Positions 1 through 9,989 are shown, numbered from the stretch's first letter. The stretch is 64,000 bases of DNA from an uncultured Acidobacteriota bacterium (GCA_963822445.1 CAWGHO010000003.1:160001-224000), one strand, 5' to 3'. The notes: generated by a model not told the origin, from the sequence alone. A program made the numbers and translations.

Positions 1-124
1 ACACTCGATCCGAACGAGATCTCCCCTGCTCGTACGCCGGCAGGCGCCGAACGGCACATGCGCAATACGAGGGGTCGCACCTCGATCGGTTTTTTATCGA
101 TGAGGGCTTCCCGGATTTACGTCC

Positions 125-316
125 ACCCAACGTCTATCGCCTCAGCGGCGGCGAGGCCTCCGATGCCAGGAGGACGCGGCGCACCGCTTGCCGCAACTAA
201 CGAGTTGTCGGCGGGCGCGCTCTGCAAGCGGCGTGACGCCGCGCATCTTGGAGCGGTATAGGCGACTCGGCCGCGCCAACGAACGGCCCGCCGTCCGCTG
301 CTGGCAGTAGTTGGGC
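125..316 (-). mobile_element. Integron attC recombination site
   Basis: Minus strand reads R'' GCCCAAC-TACTG-CCAGCAGCGGACGGCG ... CGCCGCCGCTGAGGCG-ATAGAC-GTTGGGT R'. The arms pair (CAGCGG/CCGCTG, CGGCG/CGCCG) leaving the typical unpaired bases. At 192 bp it is long for an attC. Confidence 0.7.
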
Positions 317-419
317 CGCTACCGGCACGGACCGGTATACATGCCACCTCTACCTGCTTGAGCCTTGTAGCGAGCTCGCTTCACGTTGCAACGCCACTCT
401 ACAGCGGAGGACCTGCATC

Positions 420-1205
420 CTAGGGCGCAATGAACAGCTTCATGTCGTCCGCGTCGAGACTCCCAAACTCTGACTTTGACAGATAAACCAACTGATGACC
501 TACGCCGCGCACTAGAACCTTTTTCAAAATCAAGCTCTTTTTAGAGGCCTCGCTTGCGTACTTCTCCGCGTTGAAGCCGAGTCGAGTAAAGCAGATAGTC
601 GTGCCGCGTGCGATCTTTTGTAGCCTGGCGGCTATATTAATACATGGGCCTACGAAGTCCGACCCATCACCGATCGAGAACACACGCCCTCTTGCAAGGC
701 CAACTCGTAGAATGTCGGGCGGATCCGTGACATCTTTGCGGACCCTCGGGACGAATTCGTTGCGATAGGCGGTGCAAATATTCCAACATGTGATTGCAAT
801 GTTGAATGCAGCCGTTTCCTCGATACCACGCGTGTCCCAGAGGAATAGAACCCCGTCGCCCATGAACTTCGCGTAAAAAGGAAGTCGCGTGTAGAGAATC
901 ACACCGTCAGGAGTGGTTGTGAGTAGCGACTGGCTACGAAGTGTCCCGAATAGCCATGTCAGAAATGACGACATGAACTCCGGAATGGCCAGATGCGGCT
1001 CTACCTGTCCCGCGAATGTGGTGAAGCCGCCGAGATCGAACACCGCACAGATAGCATCGGTCGCCGAAGACGGCTTTCCGACATCGCCTAATCCCAGAAT
1101 GCTTGGGTCGAATCGCTCAAACGCGTCGGCACGCAAGAAGGGACCTTCGAGGTCTCCAATTTTTGTCTCAACGTAGTCGCTCCGACGTGTACGAAACCGT
1201 CCCAT
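420..1205 (-). CDS. Stand-alone class III adenylate/guanylate cyclase (probable gene cassette)
   Basis: Motifs FDLGGFT, KFMGDGV, RVGLARG, DFVGPCINIAARLQ; sequence visibly more AT-rich than the rest of the window. Confidence 0.85.
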   Translation of the reverse strand: MGRFRTRRSDYVETKIGDLEGPFLRADAFERFDPSILGLGDVGKPSSATDAICAVFDLGGFTTFAGQVEPHLAIPEFMSSFLTWLFGTLRSQSLLTTTPDGVILYTRLPFYAKFMGDGVLFLWDTRGIEETAAFNIAITCWNICTAYRNEFVPRVRKDVTDPPDILRVGLARGRVFSIGDGSDFVGPCINIAARLQKIARGTTICFTRLGFNAEKYASEASKKSLILKKVLVRGVGHQLVYLSKSEFGSLDADDMKLFIAP

Positions 1206-1301
1206 CCACGCATCATCTCACAGTGTTGGAATGGCACAGCTGCTTACCACAGCGCAGTCGTTGTGTTGCACGACGAACGCAAGCCGGATCCCTTCGGGTC
1301 G

Positions 1302-1320
1302 GCCTAACTCCTATTTATCA
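1302..1320 (-). mobile_element. attI-like site (cassette insertion point)
   Basis: Minus strand TGATAAA-TAGGA-GTTAGGC has the layout of the attI1 simple site (CCCTAAA-N5-GTTRRRY); no matching left attC arm found upstream. Confidence 0.45.
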
Positions 1321-1520
1321 GGCAGCCGACCCCGTCGACGTCTTCAAGCGTCCGTAAGCTGCCTCGAGCCCGCTCGGTTCGCTGATGACGGCCAAAATCC
1401 CTAATGAGGATTTCCTCTTTGACTCATAACCAACGCTGCGCCGGAGGCAGCGGCGGACACAGGAACCTGATCCCGGTTGCGTCAACCCTCAATCGACACA
1501 ACCGGCGGAAACGCGCAGCG

Positions 1521-2006
1521 TCAGGATTTCTCGTTCTTCCGTTCCTGCTCCCGTTTCGCGGCTCCCTCGGCCATCTCTTCGGGGCTTACGTCGCGAACGT
1601 GGCTGGAGATGTACCAGGAGTGGCCGAATGGATCTTCAATAGCGCCGCCGCGGTCGCCGTAGAACTGATCCTCGAGCGGCCGCGTCACTTTTGCGCCGGC
1701 TTTGACGGCGCGGTCGAACCAGGCATCGCTGTCGTCGACATACAGATGCAGCATCACTGGCGAACCGTTGAGCGTCGTCGGGCTGAAGAACTTCAGGTCG
1801 GGGAACTCATCCGCGAGCATCAACCGCGAGCTGCCGATCTGCAGCTCGGCATGACCGATTCCCTTGCCGTCCGGCCCGGGCATGCGGAAGAGCTCCATCG
1901 CGCCGAACGCGTTCTTGTAGAAGTCGATTGCCGCCTCGCCGCCTTTCACGCTGATGTACGGCGTGATCGTGTGATAGCCCTCGGGGACCGGATTCACTGT
2001 TGCCAT
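1521..2006 (-). CDS. VOC/glyoxalase (PhnB-like) protein
   Basis: PEGYHTITPY, AIDFYKNAFGA, FYGDRGG, DPFGHSW; AGGAG RBS before ATG 2006. Confidence 0.9.
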   Translation of the reverse strand: MATVNPVPEGYHTITPYISVKGGEAAIDFYKNAFGAMELFRMPGPDGKGIGHAELQIGSSRLMLADEFPDLKFFSPTTLNGSPVMLHLYVDDSDAWFDRAVKAGAKVTRPLEDQFYGDRGGAIEDPFGHSWYISSHVRDVSPEEMAEGAAKREQERKNEKS

Positions 2007-2018
2007 GACGTCCACTCC

Positions 2019-4727
2019 TTATTTTCCTGCGCCACCGTCGACCGGAATCCGCCAGACGCCGCGACCATGCGTCGCCGCGATCAGATATCCGGTATTGCGG
2101 TTGTAATCGATGTCGAGGATTCCCACGATCGGCATGTTGCGCCGCTCCGACGTCCAGGTCGCGCCGCGATCGCGCGTCGAGTAAACCGCCGTGTCCTGCG
2201 CGATCCAGAAACGGTTCACGTCGATCGGATCGAGAGCGATCGCCGATGCGGGAACGTCCGGCAGATTCGATGAGATGTTTTTCCACGTCGCGCCTGCGTT
2301 AGCGCTCATGAAGATCTTGCCGGGTGTGGCGGGCGTGTTCGCGTCGTATCCGCTGAACACCGCGTAAACAGTGTTCGCGCTGTCGACGCCGGCCATCACC
2401 TGCGTGGCGAAACGCGCCGGCAGACCGGTGCTGACGTTTGTCATCGTCCACGCGGTGCCGTTCAGGTCGAACCGGTAGACTTTGCCCGTCGTCGTGCTCA
2501 CCCAGAAGCGGTTGTGGTTCACGGGGGACGCGGAAATCGACGTAGGGATGCCGTCCATCGTTTCCGTCGTGGTGATGCGCGTGAATTTCTCGCCGTAATT
2601 GTCCGAGCGATAGATCGCCTTGTCGCTCGCTCCGTAAAGGGTCGAGGGCTCGACCGGGTCGAGCGCGAAGACGGGAACGAACGTCGTTGATTCGCCGGCG
2701 AGGACCTTCGACGGATCGAAGAGATTGAACTTCCAGCCGTCGGCGAAACTCTTCGCACCGTTCATCGTGTGGCGGTGCACGGCGAACTGCGTGCCCATGT
2801 AGATGACGTTGGGCTGCTGGGGATCGAATTCCGCGATCGTGCCGTCGCCGCCGCCCCATCCCTCCCACACCTCGCCGTTCCAGTAGCCGGAGGAGTTGTC
2901 CTGCATGCCGCCGAGGAGGATGTTCGGGTCAGTGGGATGGGAGGCGATGCGGTAGAACTGAAGCGTGGCCAGACCATTGTTCAACGTCTGCCAGCGATAT
3001 TCGATGTCCGCGCCCGGTACGAATTTTCCCGCCGCGCGGCGACGCGCTTTCGGAGTCGCGGCAGCCGGCGCAGGCAACGTCGTCTTGTACAGCCCTCCAT
3101 CATTCGCGACATAGATCGTGCGCTCCTTGCCGAATGCAATCGCATGAATGTCCGGATGCATCACCTTCGTCGAATCTTCCTCGGTGCACGAGTACCAGGA
3201 AAACGCACCGGGGAAGCCGGGGCTGGTCACGGCGACATTCGCACAATGCGGCGTAGTGTCGACCCAGGTCCGGCCGCCGTCGAGCGAGCGATACACCATG
3301 CCCCGCCACGGCATGTTCGTCAGCTTCCTCGGATTGTTCAGCGGCTCGGGATCGAACTGGTTGTAGTTGGCCATCCCGCCGATGAGGATGTCGTTCTCAT
3401 TCTCGGGATTGACGGTGATGACGTTGTCGTACTGGCATTGCCGCGCGCAGTAATCGGGCACGCCGTCGAACACCGTTCCCAGCCAGCGCCAGGTGTCGCC
3501 GCCGTCTTCCGATTTGAAGAGCAGCGCCATCCCTGTGGCGCGGTCCGACGCAGGCTCGTACACACCGTTGTTGTTGTAGTCGAGGCGATTCGAGGACTCA
3601 TAACCGGCGAACAGTACTTGCGGATTGGAAGGGGCCATGCCGATCTCGACGCGGCGGAAGTCGGCGGTCGTCGTCGGATTATCGAACCGCTTCAACCGCA
3701 GATACTGCCGCGTGCGGGTGTCGTAATAGGCGAGCTCGTTGATCGGAGTGGGAAACGTGCCGAAGCCGTTCGCGCGCTGCGGCGTGATGTACTGAAAATT
3801 CGCGCCGCCGTCGCGCGAGCGGAGCAGACCGCCGTGATACTCGCTGACGTAGAAGAGATCGGGCGCGGCCGCGCCGCCGTATTCGAGATCGAGAAACCCG
3901 ACGCTGCCCGACGGGCCGGGATGCTTGATTGCCGCGCGCAGCAGACGCCAGCTCATGCCGCCGTCGGTCGACTTGAAGAGTCCCGTCTGCGCGAGATTCG
4001 GCGGCGTGCGAAACACACTCGCCGTAACGGTCGCTGTCGCGACATAGAGCGTGTTCGCGTCACGCGCGTCGAAGTGGAGACCGGTGATGGCCGTGTACTC
4101 GAAGTTCCAGCCGTTGCCGCTCATCGGGAGCTGGTGCCAGGTCTCGCCGCCGTCGGTCGAACGAAGCAGTCCGTTGCCGTACATGCTCACGCTGCCGTGC
4201 GGCTCACCTGTGCCGGCGAAGAGCACGTTCGGATTGTCGGGGCTGTATTTCAGAACGCCGATGGCGAGCGTGGGCAGGCTCTGTTCGGGTCCGGTCGAGT
4301 AAAAGGTCTGGCCGCCGTCGACGGACTTCCAGATGCCGCCCATGGCCGTGCCGAGAAGCAGCGTCTGCGGATCGTTCGGATGGAGGGCGATGGCCAGCGT
4401 GCGGCCGCTCGCGTCATGCGCGCTGGTGTCGCCGAGCGGAACTCCACGAAGTGGTGCCGGTCCGAGGTTCGTCCAGCCGGTTTCACCTTCGGCGAGCGCG
4501 CGCGTCTGATTCAGCTCGCTGCGAACCGCGGCCTGATGCGCGGCCACGGGAATCGTGCCGGTCGGATACGTGCGCTGATTCCAGTACCAGTTGCGGCGCG
4601 CTTCGGGATCGTCGGCCGAGCCGGCGGAGTAGGGGAGCCGCTCACTACGAGGTGTAGACGTGCAGCCGGTGAACACCAGGATTGCGAGGGGAACGGCAGC
4701 GAGGGCGAGGGGAAATCGCTTGGCCAT
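2019..4727 (-). CDS. Lipoprotein with BNR/Asp-box beta-propellers (VPS10/GH74-like)
   Basis: Lipobox-like FTGC; many SxDGGxTW Asp boxes; HPDIHAI, GGMQDN and THGRGVW motifs. Confidence 0.85.
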   Translation of the reverse strand: MAKRFPLALAAVPLAILVFTGCTSTPRSERLPYSAGSADDPEARRNWYWNQRTYPTGTIPVAAHQAAVRSELNQTRALAEGETGWTNLGPAPLRGVPLGDTSAHDASGRTLAIALHPNDPQTLLLGTAMGGIWKSVDGGQTFYSTGPEQSLPTLAIGVLKYSPDNPNVLFAGTGEPHGSVSMYGNGLLRSTDGGETWHQLPMSGNGWNFEYTAITGLHFDARDANTLYVATATVTASVFRTPPNLAQTGLFKSTDGGMSWRLLRAAIKHPGPSGSVGFLDLEYGGAAAPDLFYVSEYHGGLLRSRDGGANFQYITPQRANGFGTFPTPINELAYYDTRTRQYLRLKRFDNPTTTADFRRVEIGMAPSNPQVLFAGYESSNRLDYNNNGVYEPASDRATGMALLFKSEDGGDTWRWLGTVFDGVPDYCARQCQYDNVITVNPENENDILIGGMANYNQFDPEPLNNPRKLTNMPWRGMVYRSLDGGRTWVDTTPHCANVAVTSPGFPGAFSWYSCTEEDSTKVMHPDIHAIAFGKERTIYVANDGGLYKTTLPAPAAATPKARRRAAGKFVPGADIEYRWQTLNNGLATLQFYRIASHPTDPNILLGGMQDNSSGYWNGEVWEGWGGGDGTIAEFDPQQPNVIYMGTQFAVHRHTMNGAKSFADGWKFNLFDPSKVLAGESTTFVPVFALDPVEPSTLYGASDKAIYRSDNYGEKFTRITTTETMDGIPTSISASPVNHNRFWVSTTTGKVYRFDLNGTAWTMTNVSTGLPARFATQVMAGVDSANTVYAVFSGYDANTPATPGKIFMSANAGATWKNISSNLPDVPASAIALDPIDVNRFWIAQDTAVYSTRDRGATWTSERRNMPIVGILDIDYNRNTGYLIAATHGRGVWRIPVDGGAGK

Positions 4728-4764
4728 GGCGGTAACAGTAGAGTATGCGGCGGGAGGAACATGA

Positions 4765-5253
4765 ATGCGAAACTATGAATTCTTCGCCACCTGCCTCGAA
4801 AAAGAGACCCCTGTTTTCGTCCGTGTTTTTCGTGCGATTCCAGCCGACAAGCTCGACTACAGGCCGCACGAGAAAAACACGGCGGCCGGCGATCTGATCT
4901 TCCAGATGGAACAGGAGATGACCTCCCTCGTCGACATCTTTCAAACCGGAGAAGTGAGCATGGGACCGCGGAAGCGCCCCGACTCGCTCGACGAGATGAT
5001 CACGAACTTCGAGACCTCCGCGAAGAAAGTGGCAGAAGCCGCGCGGGCAACCAGCGACGAGCGTTGGAAAGGTCCTGCGAAGTTTCTCTGGGACGGCAAC
5101 GTGGCCTGGGAGACGGTCGTTGCGGACATGGCCTGGGGTTTCCTCTTCGATCTCATCCACCACCGCGGCCAGTTGAGCGTCTACATCCGGCCGATGGGCG
5201 GGAAGGTCCCGTCGATCTACGGCCCGTCGGGTGATGACGCCGGCGGCGCGTAG
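4765..5253 (+). CDS. DinB family protein
   Basis: LDYRPH and IHHRGQLSVYIR motifs. Confidence 0.85.
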   Translation: MRNYEFFATCLEKETPVFVRVFRAIPADKLDYRPHEKNTAAGDLIFQMEQEMTSLVDIFQTGEVSMGPRKRPDSLDEMITNFETSAKKVAEAARATSDERWKGPAKFLWDGNVAWETVVADMAWGFLFDLIHHRGQLSVYIRPMGGKVPSIYGPSGDDAGGA

Positions 5254-5259
5254 CTGTCG

Positions 5260-6510
5260 ATGAACACCGCGTCCTCGAAAATTCAGAAGATCTACCTGCT
5301 GCTGGAGTTGCTGCACACGCTGGCGGCCTCGCTGATCTGGGGGATCAACACGCTGTTCCTGCTCGACGCGGGACTCAGTAACGCGCAAGCCTTCGCCGCC
5401 AACGCGTTCTTCACGGCCGGGCTGGTGCTCTTCGAGATTCCGACCGGCGTTCTCGCCGACGCGCGCGGCCGCCGCACCTCGTACCTCCTCGGCACGCTCA
5501 CCCTGATCGTCTCCACACTCATCTATCTATTGATGTGGCGCATCCATGCGCCGTTCTGGGGCTGGGCGCTCACCTCCGCGTTTCTCGGACTCGGATTCAC
5601 CTTCTTCTCCGGCGCGGTGGAAGCGTGGCTGGTCGATGCGCTGAAGGCCAGCGGCTTCGACGGGAAGCTCGAATCGGTGTTCGCGAAAGGGAAGATCGCC
5701 GAGGGTGTCGCGATGCTCGGCGGGTCCGTCGCCGGAGGATTCATCGCCCAATCGACGAACCTCGGCGTCCCGTACATCATTCGTGCGATCGTCCTCGGCA
5801 TCACCTTCGTGGCCGCGTTTCTGTTGATGCGCGACGTCGGCTTCGAGCCGAATCGAAGCAAGCGGCCCATCGAAGAAACGAAACGGATTCTGCGCGACTC
5901 ACTGAAGCATGGTCTCGGCAATCCGCCTGTGCGTTGGGTGATGCTCGCGTCGCCGTTCACCGACGGCGTGAGCATTTACGCGTTCTATGCGATGCAGCCG
6001 TATCTGCTCGAGCTGTACGGAAACAAGGAAGCCTACGGAATCGCCGGTCTGGCCGCGGCGATCGTCGCCGGAGCGCAGATCGCCGGCGGGCTGCTCGTGC
6101 CGTTCATCAGCCGCGTCTTCCAGCGGCGGACCACGGTGCTGCTCGCGGCGACGACCATCAGCGTCGTCATCCTCGCGCTCATCGGCACGATCCGGAGTTT
6201 CTGGATCGCCATCGCCTCGCTGGTCGTCTGGGGCCTGATGTTCGCTGCTGTCTCGCCGGTCCGGCAGGCTTATCTCAATGGTCTGATCGCCTCGGAGCGG
6301 CGCGCGACAATCCTTTCCTTCGATTCGCTTCTCGGATCGGCCGGTGGCGTTGTCGCCCAGCCGCTGCTGGGCCGCGCGGCGGATGTCTGGAGTTATCCGG
6401 CGTCGTATGCCGTCAGCGCCGCGGTTCAGGCCCTGGCCCTTCCGTTTCTATGGCTCGCGCGGCGGGAGCGGGCTCCGTCAGACAACGCCTCGTCCGGCAC
6501 CGCACAGTAA
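5260..6510 (+). CDS. MFS transporter
   Basis: About 12 hydrophobic segments; FEIPTGVLADARGRR motif A. Confidence 0.9.
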   Translation: MNTASSKIQKIYLLLELLHTLAASLIWGINTLFLLDAGLSNAQAFAANAFFTAGLVLFEIPTGVLADARGRRTSYLLGTLTLIVSTLIYLLMWRIHAPFWGWALTSAFLGLGFTFFSGAVEAWLVDALKASGFDGKLESVFAKGKIAEGVAMLGGSVAGGFIAQSTNLGVPYIIRAIVLGITFVAAFLLMRDVGFEPNRSKRPIEETKRILRDSLKHGLGNPPVRWVMLASPFTDGVSIYAFYAMQPYLLELYGNKEAYGIAGLAAAIVAGAQIAGGLLVPFISRVFQRRTTVLLAATTISVVILALIGTIRSFWIAIASLVVWGLMFAAVSPVRQAYLNGLIASERRATILSFDSLLGSAGGVVAQPLLGRAADVWSYPASYAVSAAVQALALPFLWLARRERAPSDNASSGTAQ

Positions 6511-6532
6511 GGGTATCCTTCGCCCCACTCCC

Positions 6533-9154
6533 TTGTTTTCTCCCGGTACGCGGTTCGGTCCATACGAAATCATTGAGCGCCTCGCCGAGGGCGGCATGGG
6601 TGAGGTGTACAAGGCGCGGGATACGCGGCTCGAGCGCACGGTCGCGCTGAAAGTCCTTCCCGAGCACGTGTCCGCCGATCCCGAGATCCGCCGCCGCTTC
6701 GAGCGCGAGGCGCGCGCGATCTCCGCGCTGTCGCATCCCAACATCTGCACGCTCTTCGACGTCGGCAACAACAACGGCCAGGAGTACCTGGTCATGGAAT
6801 ATCTCGACGGCGAGACCATGGCCGAGCGTCTGAGTCATGGCCCGATGACCATCGAAGAGCTCATGGCTTACGGGATGGACGTGGCCGATGCGCTGGAGAA
6901 GGCGCACAAGCACGGGGTCATTCATCGCGATCTCAAACCGGGCAACATCGTTCTGACGAAGTCCGGAGCGAAGCTGCTCGACTTCGGGCTGGCCAAGTAC
7001 ATGCCCGCCGGCCCGAACTCGATCCTCGGCCGCGCCGACGACATCACCGCGCCGCTCACCTCGCAGGGGACGCTGCTCGGCACCATTCCCTACATGGCGC
7101 CGGAGCAGCTCGAGGGGAAGGACGTCGACGCGCGGACGGACATCTTCGCGTTCGGCGCGATCCTCTACGAGATGGCCACCGGTGTGCGCGCGTTCAATGC
7201 CGCGTCGAACGCGAGTCTCATCGCCGCGATCATGCGCGAGGAGCCGGTGCCGGTTTCGCGGCTGCGGCGACTCACGCCGCGCACGCTCGACACGATCATC
7301 CGCACCTGCCTCTCGAAGAATCCCGACGACCGCTTTCAGTCCGCGCACGACGTGAAGCTCGCGCTGCAGATGCTGCACACGACCGCCGACGTGGAAGAGA
7401 TCGACGGGGTGAAGCCGCGGACGTGGCTTCTGCCGGCGATCGTGTCCGCCGTCGCGGTTGCGGCGATGCTCGTCGCCGGCGCGTTCATTTTCGGCCGTCC
7501 GAAAGAACCGCCGCGCATCTTTCGCTTCGCCGTCAGTCCGCCTTCCGGATCGACTTTTCCGTCGCTCGGCGAAGGCGGCGGTCTTGCGCTCTCGCCGAAT
7601 GGCCGGCAGCTGGTCTTCGAAGCGACCACACCCGATGGCCGGACGTATCTCTGGCTGCGCGAGCTCGATGCCGAGGCGCCGGAGCTGCTGGAAGGGACCG
7701 ATGGCGGGGAGTATCCGTTCTGGTCCGGCGACGGCCGCTCGATCGCCTGGTTCGCCGACGGCAAGTTGATGAAGAAGACGTTGCCGGATGGTCCCGCGCA
7801 GACCGTGTGCGCCGCTCCGACCGCGCGCGGCGGTGCGTGGAACAAGAGCGGCGTGATCGTTTTCGCGCCGTCGAGCAACGGCCCGCTCCATCGCGTCGCC
7901 GCATCCGGCGGTGTGCCCGAGGCGGTGACCATCACCACTCCGGAGACTTACTCGCACCGCTGGCCGGTGTTCATCGATGACGACCAGTTCCTCTTCGTCG
8001 CGCAGAGCCAGCGGCCGTCCGATCGCGGCGTGTTTGCAGGTTCGCTGAAGTCGAAAGAGATCACCCGGATTCTTCCCGGGGCGACGAGCGTCGCGTTCGC
8101 TCCGCCGCATCATCTCTTTCACGTTCGCGATCGCGTGCTGGTGCGGCAGCGGCTGGATCCGGACGACCTGACGCTCGACGTGGAGTCGACCACGATCGCC
8201 GATGAGATCGTTTACTACGTCGACCGTGCGTACGTTCCGGTGACCGCGGCGATGGGCAACGTGATCGCGTTTCGGCGCAACGGCGCGGCGCGGATGCGCA
8301 TCACCTGGCACGCTCGCGACGGCCGCCGCCTCGGCGCGCTGGGGGACCTCGGCGAATACGAGGGCGTCGCGCTGTCGCCCGACGGCGCGCGCGTGGCGTT
8401 CGGATATTTCGATGTGAGCGAGTCGCTGAATCACGTCGCCATTGCCCCGGCCAAAGGCGGCGTGGCGCGGCGCTTCACGTTTGCGCGCGGCAATCAGTAC
8501 TCGCCGGTCTGGTCGCCGGATGGGTCGCAGATCTCGTTCAGCGACGATCAGGCGGGCGTCGACACGGTGACCGCGAAGCCGCTGACCGGCACCGGGAACG
8601 AGCGCGCGCTGATTCCGACGCCGACCGGTTCGACGTATGCGCAGAGCTGGTGCGCCGACAACGACCACATTCTTTATCGCGCGCAGGACGACAAGACCGG
8701 CTACGACATCTGGGTGGTGTCGCTCAGCCAGCGCAAGAGCATGCCGTACGTGCACGGCCCCAGCGATCAGTCGCAGGGGACCTTCTCGCCGGACGGGCGG
8801 TGGGTGGCGTACACGTCGACGGAGTCGGGACGTCCCGAGGTTTATGTGCAGCCGTTTCCGGCGACGGGGGCGAAGTGGCAGGTCTCCGTGAGTGGCGGCG
8901 AGCAGCCGCGGTGGCGGCGCGATGGGAAGGAGCTGTTCTACATCTCGCCCGATCGCATGCTGATGGCGGTGGACATCCGCGTGCCCGGCGCGTTCGATGA
9001 GAACCCGCCGCGGCCGCTGTTCCAGACGAACATCCCCTTCGGCGACATCAATGTGTCGCACGCGTATGACGTCACGCCGGACGGGGAGCGGTTCGTGATC
9101 GCGGCGCCGGATCCGCTGTCGCCGCAGGCGCCGATTACGGTGGTCGCGCAGTAG
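6533..9154 (+). CDS. Hanks-type Ser/Thr kinase with TM helix and PD40/TolB-like propeller
   Basis: GGMGEVY, VALK, HRDLKPGN, DFGLAK, YMAPE, then TM and WSPDG repeats; TTG start at 6533 inferred. Confidence 0.9.
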   Translation: MFSPGTRFGPYEIIERLAEGGMGEVYKARDTRLERTVALKVLPEHVSADPEIRRRFEREARAISALSHPNICTLFDVGNNNGQEYLVMEYLDGETMAERLSHGPMTIEELMAYGMDVADALEKAHKHGVIHRDLKPGNIVLTKSGAKLLDFGLAKYMPAGPNSILGRADDITAPLTSQGTLLGTIPYMAPEQLEGKDVDARTDIFAFGAILYEMATGVRAFNAASNASLIAAIMREEPVPVSRLRRLTPRTLDTIIRTCLSKNPDDRFQSAHDVKLALQMLHTTADVEEIDGVKPRTWLLPAIVSAVAVAAMLVAGAFIFGRPKEPPRIFRFAVSPPSGSTFPSLGEGGGLALSPNGRQLVFEATTPDGRTYLWLRELDAEAPELLEGTDGGEYPFWSGDGRSIAWFADGKLMKKTLPDGPAQTVCAAPTARGGAWNKSGVIVFAPSSNGPLHRVAASGGVPEAVTITTPETYSHRWPVFIDDDQFLFVAQSQRPSDRGVFAGSLKSKEITRILPGATSVAFAPPHHLFHVRDRVLVRQRLDPDDLTLDVESTTIADEIVYYVDRAYVPVTAAMGNVIAFRRNGAARMRITWHARDGRRLGALGDLGEYEGVALSPDGARVAFGYFDVSESLNHVAIAPAKGGVARRFTFARGNQYSPVWSPDGSQISFSDDQAGVDTVTAKPLTGTGNERALIPTPTGSTYAQSWCADNDHILYRAQDDKTGYDIWVVSLSQRKSMPYVHGPSDQSQGTFSPDGRWVAYTSTESGRPEVYVQPFPATGAKWQVSVSGGEQPRWRRDGKELFYISPDRMLMAVDIRVPGAFDENPPRPLFQTNIPFGDINVSHAYDVTPDGERFVIAAPDPLSPQAPITVVAQ

Positions 9155-9155
9155 A

Positions 9156-9211
9156 GCCGGCGAGACGCCGGCGGACCAGCCGCCGAGCCGGCGGCGCTCC
9201 GGAGCGCCGGC
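9156..9211. repeat. GC-rich REP-like palindromic element
   Basis: GCCGGCGAGACGCCGGCGGACCAGCCGCCGAGCCGGCGGCGCTCC directly after the kinase stop; near-identical inverted copy at 15468-15512. Confidence 0.8.
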
Positions 9212-9389
9212 AAAGTTGACCCTCTGCATGGGTCAACCCACGTCCCCCGGCCCAGAAGTTAACCCTCCATCCTTCCGTCAGAAATCCGTCAACTCCCTGC
9301 GAACGCACCCACTTGAACCGGTTTCATTTTCTGGAACGTGCCGTGGACTAGGACCAGGTCGCGTGAGAACAACACGCAAGGAGGAATTG

Positions 9390-9989
9390 ATGAAGAAACG
9401 GCTCTCTCTCGTCCTCATCGGTTTGTCTCTGCTCGCACTGGCGGCGCCGCTCACGGCCTCGCAGTGGGTGCAGCTTTCGTTCGATCAGGTGGCTCGCGAG
9501 TCGACTTACGTCGTCCGCGGCACCGTCGAACAGACCTGGAGCAAGTGGGATGACCAGCAGGAGGTCATCTTCACGTATGCCACCATCCGCGTGCATCGCT
9601 ACTTCGGCGAGACCACCGGTCCGGACCGGATCGTCGTGCGCGAAGCCGGCGGCACGGTCGACGGCTACACCCAGGAAGCGATCGGCTTCCCGGAAGTTCG
9701 CAACGGCGAAGACGTGGTGATGTTCCTCTCGCAGTCCGATGACCCCTCCGCCTTCCGCATCCACGCGTACAACCAGGGCAAGTATCTCGTCCGCAATCGC
9801 GGCGGCGTCGAAGTGCTGACCGAGGATCCGATGAAGCAGGGTGACGGACGTATGGCGCGGCAGGGCCGCGACGTGAAAGCCAACGCCGCCGACGATCTCG
9901 ACGGAGCCCTCACCATCGAAGAGTTCGCGGGCATGGTCGAGTCGGCTCGCGCCGGCAACCCAGTCGAAGTGCTCGTGGGACGCGAATAA
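9390..9989 (+). CDS. Secreted protein resembling the N-terminal domain of acidobacterial matrixin-like proteases
   Basis: GGAGG RBS; signal peptide; VVRGTV, REAGGTVDG and GEDVVMFL pattern. Confidence 0.65.
   Translation: MKKRLSLVLIGLSLLALAAPLTASQWVQLSFDQVARESTYVVRGTVEQTWSKWDDQQEVIFTYATIRVHRYFGETTGPDRIVVREAGGTVDGYTQEAIGFPEVRNGEDVVMFLSQSDDPSAFRIHAYNQGKYLVRNRGGVEVLTEDPMKQGDGRMARQGRDVKANAADDLDGALTIEEFAGMVESARAGNPVEVLVGRE

Noticed and set aside
195-316. Shorter attC ending at internal GTTAGTT
   Set aside because: GTTAGTT breaks the GTTRRRY consensus and lacks the CCGCTGA L' arm; the site ending at 125 pairs better.
58-347. Short ORFs 58-261 and 117-347
   Set aside because: They overlap the attC hairpin and show no RBS or protein-like features.
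420-1205. Calling the cyclase PycC (Pycsar)
   Set aside because: Specificity residues look adenylyl-type and no effector is visible in the window.
1321-1520. Integron integrase remnant next to the attI-like site
   Set aside because: No tyrosine-recombinase motifs recognisable in this gap.
9313-9340. TTGAACCGGTTTCA as LacI operator or ECF promoter
   Set aside because: Fits both models imperfectly and no cognate regulator is nearby.
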